DNA of 64,000 bases from Octopus vulgaris (Eukaryota), in NCBI GenBank assembly GCA_951406725.2, contig OX597820.1:96906001-96970000 (forward strand), read 5' to 3'. Below the pieces are notes generated by a model that saw only the letters and a program-made list of their open reading frames with translations, did no database searches and was not told where the DNA came from. Positions 1 through 11,053 of the stretch are shown one piece after another. Made by a program: the position numbers and the translations under genes. How positions within the stretch are numbered: position 1 is the stretch's first letter; each line of letters opens with the position of its first letter.

Positions 1-261
1 AAATTTCACTTATAGAGGAAAATTACAGAAAGCACTTGCTAGTTTACTGCCTCATTTTGTTTTGTTATGGAGTTTAGCTAGGTGTTTCTTGTTTTATATT
101 AAAGTTTATTCTATTTTGTGTGGTGTGTATAATGTGCTATTTTATTGGGCATTAATCTTGTAGAGTATGTTATATGTGAATCGTATTGTTTTATTGTATT
201 AGGTACTTATTGTAATAGCTGTGTATTGTATGTGAAGATAATTTGATTTGAATTATGCTAA

Positions 262-395
262 TGAATTGATAATGTTGTGCACAGGATGTGGACTGTTCCT
301 AGCAGAGCTAATTTTATCACAAAGAGCAGTGAGTCCCAACATGATTTTTATGTTTTTGTTCATATGTTTTGTCATATTTAATGAGCCAGTCATCA
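262..395 (-). mobile_element. 3' coding end of an R4/Dong-like RLE non-LTR retrotransposon
   Basis: Minus strand gives MTGSLNMTK... and KLALLGTVHILCTTLSIH*, resembling the R4/Dong C-terminus (KIALLGTAHILRK). The 5' junction abuts a degenerate (TAA/TGA/CAA)n tract at 390-452. Confidence 0.65.
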
Positions 396-961
396 TCGTT
401 GTTGTTGTTATCATTATAATTATTATTATCATTATCATCATTATCATCATCGCTGAAACTCATAGTGAGAAGATGTCTTTTTCTTCTCTCCACAAAACTA
501 TGTCTCTATTTCAAGAATTACTTTGTGAAAACTTTCATGAAGTAATAACTATTTATACTCAGCAAAGTGAAAATCGGAAAAACTAAAATAGATTTAAATA
601 TTTAAAAACCTCATTGGAATCAATGATCCAATACTTGCAACAGATAGACAAAAAATTTACTTTTATTTGCTTTTACAGAGTTGGTTTTATTTGCTCAAAC
701 ATTTTGACCTCAATTCACACTCAAAATGTCTACCAAACACATTCACTGTACAAAGCAAAATATCATGTACAATACCTAAAAGACAGTAGAAAAACAAATT
801 GCATCAGAGAAGAAACAATAAAGAAGAAAATGGTGAATATTTTGATAAGCAAATTAATAGAAGAAAAATATTTTGGATAGTCTAACAAATAATTTTAAAG
901 ATAATACAGTTCTATATTTAAGAGATGAGGAATTATGTACATTACTTACATTATTTACAAA

Positions 962-1922
962 TGGATAGTGTGTATAATTTGCTATTTTGAAAAACAAAAA
1001 AGAATACAGGTGGAGTGGAACTGTAATCAAAAGTATTCTGGACATGATTATCCCATCTTTTATCTTATACTATAAGGTGATATTAAAAAATTTGGATTTT
1101 ATTTCAGACAAATAAAACTGCAATGTATAAGATCCCTCCTGGTGTTACTGTAACAAATGTAGGAGAAACAGAAATAAAGCCTGACTGTGGGATCAGAGCT
1201 GAAGCATGATAGTGAGTAAAATTTTGCCTGTCATTTGGCTTTTTTTTTTTAATCTGCTCTTGAATATTAGAGTATGTAGCAGTAGCACCATCCTGTATAT
1301 GTTGGCCTTATTTTAACTTTAAAAGACAATCTCATTAGTCTCCATAGAGATTCTTGTCAAGCATTTCTGATTTTAATCAGTTGTCACAGTCTATAAATGT
1401 AAATCTGCCATATTTCCATTTACTTAATTATTTCTGAAATTCTCTTATGTTGAAGCTCTGTCAATAATGTAAATAATGATTTTTGTCAATGGTGTAACAC
1501 AGCTGTAAGGCAACGAATGCTTTTTAGAGCAAACAGTCTATAAATTAACTCCTAGTATTTACTTAAGAGAGACAAGGTGTGGTTGTTGGCAAGAAATTTG
1601 CTTCCCAACCACATAGTTCCGGTTTCAGTCCAACTGCATGGTACATGGGCCAGTGTCTTCTACTATAGTCCCAAGCCAACCAAAGCCTTGTGAGCGGGGA
1701 TTTTGGTGGATGGAAACAGAAGGAAGCCAGTTGTGTGTGTGTGTTTGTCTTGATATTGAGAAATAGTTCTAAATGATTGTCACTGTCATACAAGCAGTAT
1801 CATTCATTTCCAATATGCTGCAAGACTATGTCTGGCCATGGAGAAATATCACCTTATTTGGAAACAGGTGAGGGCTGACAACAAGAAGGGCATCTGCCCA
1901 TTAAAAATCAGCCTCAACAAAA
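962..1922 (+). repeat. Left arm of ~950-bp inverted duplication
   Basis: Reverse complement of 2875-3814 with about 20 substitutions, one ~16-bp indel and small repeat-length differences (counted by eye). Confidence 0.97.
1108..1209 (+). pseudogene. Inverted duplicate of exon 4 (TNKTAMYKIPPGVTVTNVGETEIKPDCGIRAEA*); pseudo-exon or paralogous exon
   Basis: Six substitutions relative to 3567-3668. Acceptor (tttcag) and donor (gtgagt at 1212) are retained. Confidence 0.55.
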
Positions 1923-1954
1923 GTCCATGGGCATATGACGTAGTGGTTACAATA

Positions 1955-2176
1955 GGCATATGGTGTAGTGGTTAAGAGCACAGGCTACTAACCACAAGAT
2001 TCCAAGTTCAATTCCAGGCAGTGACCTGAATAATAGTAATAATAATAATAATAATAATATCGAAAAATACATTAGAAATCAGAACCCAGGTTGATGAAGG
2101 CTGGAGGGTATATCAGCCGAAACGTGTTAACAACAAACAAAATGAGGACAAAATCAGTCGAATGTAAATAATGTAA
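1955..2176 (+). mobile_element. tRNA-headed SINE with degenerate hammerhead motif and Penelope-like tail
   Basis: A box TGGTGTAGTGG, B box GTTCAATTCC (2006-2015), (AAT)n, then TGATGA-A-GGCTG..CAGCC-GAAA-CGT at 2092-2125. Confidence 0.7.
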
Positions 2177-2457
2177 ATTTTAAAGATATTGATAAAAGCA
2201 ACTACAGTCTTTCGATCAGTGTTGGTTTATGTTCCCATAATTTAATGGTTGGACAAAAGAGACCGAAAGAATAAGTACCAGAGTTCAACAAAAGCTCTTG
2301 AAGGTAGTAACCCAGCATGGTCATGTTCAATTACTGAAACAAGTATAAGATAAAAGATAAAATTATTTAGTAAAGTCAACTTAGACTCTCACATTGATAT
2401 TCTACAAATTAGTGATCTGAAGTGAATGTAAGAAATCATTTTTCAGAATGTCGCTTC

Positions 2458-2704
2458 ACTGGCACATGTAAAAAGATTCAAGCGAGGTCGTTGCAAGTGC
2501 CACCTGACTGGCCTCTGTGCCGGTGGCACGTAAAAGCACCCACTACACTCTCGGAGTGATTGGCGTTAGGAAGGGCATCCAGTTGTAGAAACTCTGCCAG
2601 ATCAAGATTGGAGCCTGGTGCAGCCATCTGGTTCACCAGCCCTCAGTCAAATCGTCCAACCCATGCTAGCATGGAAAGCGGACGTTAAACGATGATGATG
2701 ATGA
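2458..2704 (+). mobile_element. RTE-tailed short retroposon (family C) ending in (GAT)n
   Basis: Shares ggcgttaggaagggcatccag...catgctagcatggaaagcggacgttaaacgatgatg with copies near 6250-6420(-), 8040-8230, 13920-14100(-), 14747-14925, 17790-18160, 19033-19460(-) and 42560-42740. Confidence 0.85.
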
Positions 2705-2874
2705 ATGAAGCTTTGTCCAAAATATTTTTTATGGTACAAGTTAGCTATGTCACATTGTGTTCTGAGTTCAAACCCTTTTAAGATAGACTTTGCTTTTTGG
2801 GTCATTCTGGGATCATCATTCTCTTTCTTTTTCTCTTTTTTGCTTTATTTTAATGTTCACTTTTCTAGGTCAGA

Positions 2875-3814
2875 TTTTGTTGAGGCTGATTTTTAATGGG
2901 CAGATGCCCTTCTTGTTGTCAGCCCTCACCTGTTTCCAAATAAGGTGATATTTCTCCATGGCCAGACATAGTCTTGCAGCATATTGGAAATGAATGATAC
3001 TGCTTGTATGACAGTGACAATCATGTAGAACTATCACTCAATGTCAAGACAAACACACACAACTGGCTTCCTTCTGTTTCCATCCACCAAAATCCCCGCT
3101 CACAAGGCTTTGGTTGGCTTGGGACTATAGTAGAAGACACTGGCCCATGTACCATGCAGTAAAACTGAAACCGGAACTATGTGGCTGGGAAGCAAATTTC
3201 TTGCCAACAACCACACCTTGTCTCTCTTAAGTAAATACTAGGAGTTAATTTATAGACTGTTTGCTCTAAAAAGCATTCGTGGCCTTACAGCTGTGTTACA
3301 CTATTGACAAAAATCATTATCTACATTATTGACAGAATTTCAGAAATAATTAAGTAAATGGAAATATGGCAGATTTACATTTATAGACTGTGACAACTGA
3401 TTAAAATCAGAAATGCTTGGCAAGAATCTCTATGGAGACTAATGAGATTGTCTTTTAAAGTTAAAATAAGGCCCACATATACAGGATGGTGCTACTGCTA
3501 CATACTCTAATATACAAGAGCAAATTAAAAAAAAAAGCCAAATGACAGGCAAAATTTTACTCACTATCATGCTTCAACTCTGATCCCACAGTCAGCCTTT
3601 ATTTCTGTTTCTCCTACTTTTGTTACAGTAACACCTGGAGAGATCTTATACATTGCAGTTTTATCTGTCTGAAATAAAATCCAAATTTTTTAATATCACG
3701 TTATAGTATAAGATAAAAGATGGGATAATCATGTCCAGAATACTTTTGATTACAGTTCCACTCCACCTGTATTCTTTTTTGTTTTTCAAAATAGCAAATT
3801 ATACACACTATCCA
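2875..3814 (-). repeat. Right arm of ~950-bp inverted duplication
   Basis: Reverse complement of 962-1922; spacer about 950 bp. Confidence 0.97.
3567..3668 (-). CDS. Candidate stop-codon exon 4 (TDKTAMYKISPGVTVTKVGETEIKADCGIRVEA*)
   Basis: Acceptor ttttatttcag, 33 codons plus TGA in phase 0, then a gtgagt donor 2 nt after the stop. The four exons total 228 nt (75 aa plus stop). Confidence 0.6.
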   Translation of the reverse strand, partial: TDKTAMYKISPGVTVTKVGETEIKADCGIRVEA

Positions 3815-4194
3815 CTTAAGCCACACACTTCAAACATATCTATTCCCACCTCCTTATATAAACCATATTGGGTCCCACCTCAACACCAGTCATAGGCTAT
3901 CTGTGATTTGTGGGACTTTTTAAATGACGCACCTAGTGAAAGAATTACCTTCAGTTTTTTTTAGTAGTGTGGCCTACCTAATGTCTCGCACAGTCTGCTT
4001 CAAGTAAAAGGTTGCCTGTGCTTGCTCTTCACTAACCACATTTTTACCAGTCTGTCTTCCCCAGAACTCACTTTACACTCCTCATATTTTACCCTGCAAC
4101 TTCTGACCTACACATATACAAACTGCTGCGTTGGACACGATGGTTGTTCGCCTGGTATGTTGTTTTTGTTCATTCATTATAAATCTTGAATTAT

Positions 4195-4260
4195 GCTTGC
4201 ACTGAGGATTAAAGAGTGCATACCACTGCACTGATTACGAAATCACAGGTGATATGCAGC
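4195..4260 (+). ncRNA. Type I hammerhead ribozyme-like motif
   Basis: gcttgca-CTGAGGA-[taa..agtgca taccac tgcact..tta]-GAAA-tcac ag gtga-TA-tgcagc. All three stems can pair; predicted cut after AUA at 4254. The stem II closing pair is a non-canonical U-C. Confidence 0.65.
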
Positions 4261-4384
4261 TGAATTCTGTTTTTAAATGACTTGCTTTGAGAGTTGTATT
4301 CGGTACAATATGTTTATTTATTTTAGTAGTTTTGACTTTAAGAGTCCCTCCTAGCGTATGGCATTTATGAGTAGTAATGCCTTC

Positions 4385-4439
<55 letters not shown>

Positions 4440-4451
4440 TATAAGTACATA

Positions 4452-4544
<93 letters not shown>

Positions 4545-4867
4545 CACACAAAGATATATACATATATATATATATATACACACATATATATATACATAGT
4601 GAATCTATTACAAGTGAAACAATATCAAAGTGAGACTATTTATAACTGTTACTCTGTTGGAGGTTTCACTTTAATTCTTCGAGTTTTGAGACGTAATATG
4701 AAACCAGTGCCAATGTTGCATTGTTTTAATCAAGAAATATTACATGTTGACACTCACAGGGTCTCATAGTATTACCATGTAAAATTTGATTTGGTTTGGT
4801 TGTGCCTTTTGAGAATGCATTGGTAACAGACAAATACAAAGGATTTTATACATATATATATATATAT

Positions 4868-4948
<81 letters not shown>

Positions 4949-5311
4949 CGATGGGATGGTCATTCCTGGAATGCATTTAATCACATTTGCTAAAGGGCTG
5001 TCCTGAGGCTAAGCCACAAACAGTAAAAGTCACTGAACAAGTTTTGATAGTTTGTATGATAAATATCAAACAAACAAATTAGATAAAAATCTACAAGAAT
5101 GTCATTTCATTATCATCATAGGAGAACACCTTGATATATCAACAATTAACTATGTAGCATGAGATTGTGAAAACAGAACTCTTTTTGAACATATACTGTT
5201 CAGAGGGACACTGTGTCAACAAATGAGTCCCATCTAGAAATAGCAGCCAAATCTCCCTTAACCCTTTAGCATTCAGATTTTTTTGTCAAATCTGATGCCA
5301 TCAGCAATATA

Positions 5312-5652
5312 CATCATACCATCTGCAATATACACGGCAGAAACATGGAAGACATCGGCAAAGATTGCACAAAGGCTCAATGTATTTCAGCTATGATGCC
5401 TCCAGAGGATACTGCGAATATTATGCCAGGACCATATCACCAACAACATCTTCTCTGATTACCATCTGTGGAAGCCACCGTGTGGCAAGAGAAAACAAGG
5501 GCAACCAAAAGTGACTTGGCGCTGCACCTTCATCAATGACCTCAAAGCCATTGATATTTCATGGAATGAAGCTGAAATCACCACAGCCAACTGACCACAT
5601 TGGAGAAGCCTTACTACCCAATGTGCCTCACAGTGCAGGAGGACCTAAGACT
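5312..5652 (+). mobile_element. 3' fragment of an RTE-clade LINE inserted in a piggyBac-type MITE
   Basis: IIPSAIYTAETWKTSAKIAQRLNVFQL*CLQRILRILCQDHITN, ending ctaagactaa. The flanks rejoin into the ttaaccctttagcattcagatt...aatgcttattt MITE. Confidence 0.8.
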
Positions 5653-6248
5653 AATGCTTATTTACTCACATTGTGAGAGCAGTCAAGTTTATTTCAGATA
5701 TTCTCATTTTAAAAATCATTGCTGGCTAATCCTTGAGAGGATGTTGGTGTTGCCTTGGCAGATGTTTGCACTCCCTGAGTTCTCTTGTTATTATTATTAT
5801 TGAATGAAAGAGCAATGCATGCCAATAAAGTGACACTGGGGTACAAAATATACAAAGTCCAATATACCCATCATGTCTACCCATCAGATAAGGGTACACA
5901 TGCATCAGAACCATATATGTGTGTGACATGGCGATCTCATTGACTTGGATGATAAATGGCAGTATCTATGATGCCTTCGAGGGTCTCTGAAACTGGTGGG
6001 AGAAAGTGAGGGAGTTATCCTAAGACCAGAGACCTGGCCTAAATGCTTACTACAAAGTGGCTACTGCTAAAAATACCTAAGGGCCAGAGAATGGTTAAAC
6101 AAGACAACAGATTAAGTCAGACATGTCAAATTTATTTGGTCTCACAAGCCAAATTGAAGACTAAACTAGATAGATTTTGCAGGCTGGACAAAACAATTTA
6201 TAACGTAGATCAAATTGAAATGGATAGAGGGGTCTATCTGTATTAATT

Positions 6249-6279
<31 letters not shown>

Positions 6280-8335
6280 CTTAATGTCCATTTTCCATGC
6301 TGGAAGGGTTGGACAGTTTGACAGGAGCTGGCCGTCTAAAGTGCTTCTCAGGCTCCATGTCTATTTTGGCATGGTTTCTATAGTTGGATCCCCTTCCTAA
6401 TGCCAACCACTTTACTGAGCACTAGCAATGGTGTATTTACATGGCACTGGTATAGATACATTTTACATGGCACTGGTATGGGTGCATTTTACATGGTACC
6501 AGCACCCACGAGCCCACAAGATTAGGAATTTTCAGCTAGAAAGGGATACAGGGGACATGCTTGTATGCAAAGACAACCACACTTTTACTTAGCTTGATGT
6601 GTCTTCTTAAGCACAGCAAACTGCCAGGCATCTTGGTCCCCTGTCAACCCCTCTGTGAGTTTCAATATCTGTAGATCCTTTCTTACTACTTTAATTTACA
6701 AAAAAGGAAGGGAAGTATTATCATAGTTTATGGGCAGAGAAGCGATGTAAATGCTATCCCCATGGTATATAAACTGAAACGTGATGTAAATGTCATCCAT
6801 ATGGTATATAAACTGTTTTATTTAGTAAATCATAAGAATGAGAATAGCAATAGAAATTATCTAATTGAATGCATATAGTTCTTGTGAATATTAATCCTTG
6901 ATAAGAAGCTTACACTGTTTCAGTTATAAAATCTTTCAATGTTATTCATATCACCAGAATCTATTTGAACAAACATAGTGTGAATTTGACATCCTTGGAT
7001 TAAATCTACCAATTAGAGCCACATAAAGATTTTGTTGTCCCTTAGTTTTATCATACTTTAATAATATTTTTAGCTCTGTGGTAAGAAGTTTGCTTTCCAA
7101 GCACATGGTTCTGGGTTCGGTCCCACCATGTGGTACCTTCAGCAGGTGTCTTCTATTAGCTGCAGTCAAAGAAAAAAGAAAAAAGTAAAAGAAAAAAAGA
7201 CAAAAAAGGAAAAGGAATTCTATTTATTGTTCATAAAAGTGCACTCCTTATCATTTGTTAGTCTAACAATTAATTATTCAAATTTTTTTATGTAATGCTC
7301 AAAAGACAGGTATTATGACATGTTGGAAATATTTACCTTGTGGCTACAGCTAGTATACAAATAAGGTGGTGTTTCATTTTTTCTGTAGTATGATAAATGA
7401 ATCCTTTTTAAACAGATGATTTAAGAAAATTAATACTTTGAATCAGCATTTACAAATGAAATAACTTTTCAGTTAATCCCTAGAATCCCCTGGGCAGCAG
7501 CCTCTAAAGTCCCATTCTTTAATCTGTGTAGTATTTTTACATCTAATAGGCATGGCTTGTAATTACTGACGTGTTCCTTTTGTATCTTTGTTGTTGTTCA
7601 GCCATGAGCCAGCCCTGAACAAGTAAACCTATAATAAAAGAACAAAAGCATACTAGTCATCCCTGACTTATCATGACAACCTTATGCAATATATTCTTCA
7701 TTATTTCAGATGACTGAGCAAGCTGTGAGGAAGATTTATCTATGATATCTAGTAGGACAAGTGACAGAATAGAAGCTCACTCATTGGCTTATGAACCCAT
7801 TAATTGTGTGTGGAGGCATGTGGCTTAGTGGTTAGGGTGTTGGACTCGTGATCGTAAGATTGTGGTTTCAATTCCTGGACTGGATGATATAGCTACACCT
7901 GCACTTATCAAGTGGAAACGAAATGCATTTTGGGGTCAGATTTATATGAAAGCATTTATTTAAAGTGATTACAGTGTGTCGGATTTGTAAGGGAAATCTT
8001 ACAGGCTTGTGCCACTTAAAAGCACCTGTACCAGTACTGCCTAAAAGCACTCAGTCATTCGGTAAAGTGATTGGTGTTAGGAAGGACATCCAGCTGTAGA
8101 AATCATGCCAAAACAGACATGGAACCTGAACAGTCTTTCAGTTGCTCCACTTCTGTCAAACTGTCCAATCTATGCCAGTATAGAAAATGGACATTGAATG
8201 ATGATGATGATGATGATGATGATGATGTTGATGGTAAAGTCAATTGAAGGGATGTAGTGTATAAATGTTATTTGATTTATGGATCAATCCTGGTGGAGTA
8301 AAAAGAAATCCATCCCAGTGGTATTGAACTCAGAA

Positions 8336-8559
8336 AGGTGGCGAACTGGCAGAATCATTAGCACGCTGGGCGAAATGCTTACGTTCTGCCGTTACGTTCT
8401 GAGTTCAAATTCCGCCAAGGTCGACTTTGCCTTTCATCCTTTCAGGGTCGATAAATTAAGTACCAGTTACATACTGGGGTCGATGTAATCGACTTAATCC
8501 GTTTGTCTGTCCTTGTTTGCCCTCTCTGTGTTTAGCCCCTTGTGGGTGGTAAAGAAATA
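8336..8559 (+). mobile_element. tRNA-related SINE (family B) with 16-bp target site duplication
   Basis: GTTCAAATTCC B box and core gactttgcctttcatcctttc-gggtcgataaa, resembling Meta/Sauria-type SINE cores. ggtattgaactcagaa is repeated at 8320-8335 and 8560-8575. Confidence 0.9.
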
Positions 8560-9188
8560 GGTATTGAACTCAGAACAAATAGATAAGAACTGAAACATAT
8601 TGCAATGCATTTAATCAAACACTCTAGTTTTAACCAATACTCTGTAATGACAAACCACTATCTTAGAGTAACATGGTATGGAAATTTTCTTTTCAGACTT
8701 GCAGCATATATTGGCAGTAATTTAAACAGCAATGAAAGAAAATTGACAAGAATCACTCCTAATTTACAGTTACAATGAAGCACATTAACACGCGTCAGTT
8801 CGATAAGCATCTGTCTTACTCAATTATAGCAAGTTTGCATGACTACTTTACATGAAAAATGTTTTATCTTTCTCTTATTTATAATTTAGCATCTATGTTT
8901 TGCATGTTAGGATATATGGGAAGGATTATTATAAGTTAGAAATTTTGAATATTGTCATACTGTAGAACAGGCAATTTTTAAAGATAACAGTTTATTTTTA
9001 AAATGGATCACTCTACTTTATTTATCTGTGAAGTAGATGTGGAACTTATTATCTACCAAGAAAACTATATTCTGCCCAGCAACATTACAAGTGCATGATA
9101 GCCAAAATTCATTTGTTTGTTTCTCGTTTTTGTTCAATACATATGTTAGCCTGCACGTTACAAATAGTCATTTTTAATTTATAAAATA

Positions 9189-10459
9189 CAGGGTGTTCAT
9201 CAAGTCTCTTAACAATTTCAAAAGTTTTTTTACAAAGGTAATTGATGGGACATGTTTATCAGATTTATTCTATTGACTCAGTGGTTATCAAAGATTTTAA
9301 CTACATTACATTTGTGTTTTTCAGGTACCTTGTTGATGGAAAAGGTTCAATTAAATGAAACCCTAAAAAAAGTGGCTACTCATCCAAAAAAGGCACAAAG
9401 TGTACCATGGTTTACTGAAACAAAATCCAACACGCAGACCCAGTGAAACTACAGGATTAAATATGGAAGATATCCACTGTTGCATCTGTCAATTTGTGCA
9501 TGGCACAAGGAATTTATGGAAATATGAACAGTGTTGCATAAAGTGAGGAGTGCACGACCAAAATTATCTGAGGAAAACATTGATCATGTAAGACAAGCCT
9601 TTGGTAGTTTTCCTACAAAGTTCATAGGTACTTCTGCCAGACAGTTACAGCTACCACAGTCAACAGAGCATGTAGTCCTACACAAGAACTTGTAATTGTA
9701 TGCTTACAAAGTGCAACTCTTACAGGCACACAAACCAAATGATAAACCAAAGCAAAAAGAGTTTGCAGGTAACATGCTGGAACAAATTTCTGACAATGCA
9801 ATGTTCCTTACCTGAGTTTGTTTTAGTGATGAGGCAACTTTCATGGTTCAGGGAAACTGAACACACATAATGTGAGGATCTGTGGATTAGAACAACCCCA
9901 TGTGACTAGGGAACTTCAATGAGATAGTCCAAAGGCAATGTCTGGTGTAGAATGATATGCAATTGAATCATTGGTCCATTTTTCTTCACACAGAGATCAA
10001 TTTCTGCAAATGACCTTTTCATTGAATATGTGGCACCACAACTAGATGACCTTCAAGCAACTATCATTTTCCAGCTGGATAGTGCACCACCACATTCAGA
10101 ACTGCATGCTCATGGCTTCAAACATTTCCAGACCAATGGATTGGAAAGGATGGCCCAATTACCTGGCCACCTCGTTGCCCAGATATCACTCCCCTGGACT
10201 TATGTTAAAGACATTAAGAATCAAAGAAAGATATGGGACATCAATGACCCAAAGCAAAGGATCACTGATGCTTGGCAAGAAATTGATTGCCATCTTGATG
10301 TGCTTTGTGCAACTAATGGTGCCCATATAGAGTGTATTAAATGAGGAGAAAATTTTTCAATATCTATTCTTCATTTTGTAATAATTTTCAAAGATTTATT
10401 TATTTATTTGCTTTTGTAATAATTTTTTTAGATTATAAAGAGTCTTTATGGACACCCTG
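9189..10459 (+). mobile_element. Degenerate full-length Tc1/mariner element (DUF4817-HTH, rosa/maT-like)
   Basis: TA-CAGGGTG...CACCCTG-TA termini. Broken ORF includes YAYKVQLLQ, VCFSDEATF, IIGPFFF and IIFQLDSAPPH. Confidence 0.92.
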
Positions 10460-10547
10460 TACATTTTACATGCATTATTCAAGAGGATATAACGTATTTT
10501 CCCAGCCATCAATCAAATTTGTCTAACAGCATATATATATATATTTA

Positions 10548-10612
<65 letters not shown>

Positions 10613-10616
<4 letters not shown>

Positions 10617-10838
10617 TGTCCACAAGGGCCTAAACATAGAGGGAACAAACAAGGACAGACAAAGGGATTAAGTCGATTACATTGATCCCAGTGCGTAACT
10701 GGTACTTAATTTATCGACCCCGAAAGGATGAAAGGCAAAGTCAACCTCGGCAGAATTTGAACTCAGAACTTAACGGCAGACGAAATACCGCTAAGTATTT
10801 CGCCCGGCGCACTAACGTTTCTGCTAGTTCGCTACCTT
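10613..10838 (-). mobile_element. SINE family B
   Basis: Reverse complement of 8336-8559. Further copies at 16210-16378, 17270-17505, 21988-22222 and 63066-63207. Confidence 0.9.
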
Positions 10839-11053
10839 ATCTGTAGTTATTTCTATCTAGAGCATCGCCTTTATCCTAGTAGCAATTGACTATGGTGCTG
10901 CTACACCAGTCATTGGGTATGACTCCCTCATGAACTACCTGGTTTACAATGCAGGTGACTAGGCCATAGCGCACACCACCAAATGTTTTAAGCATCTCAG
11001 CAGTGATTCCTGATGGGCCGGGGTCTTTTCCTGGCTTCATACCCTTAATTACT

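Noticed and set aside
8697-8778. Plus-strand terminal exon candidate LAAYIGSNLNSNERKLTRITPNLQLQ*
   Set aside because: Good acceptor but no linked exon, recognised homology or clear polyA signal; it cannot be excluded.
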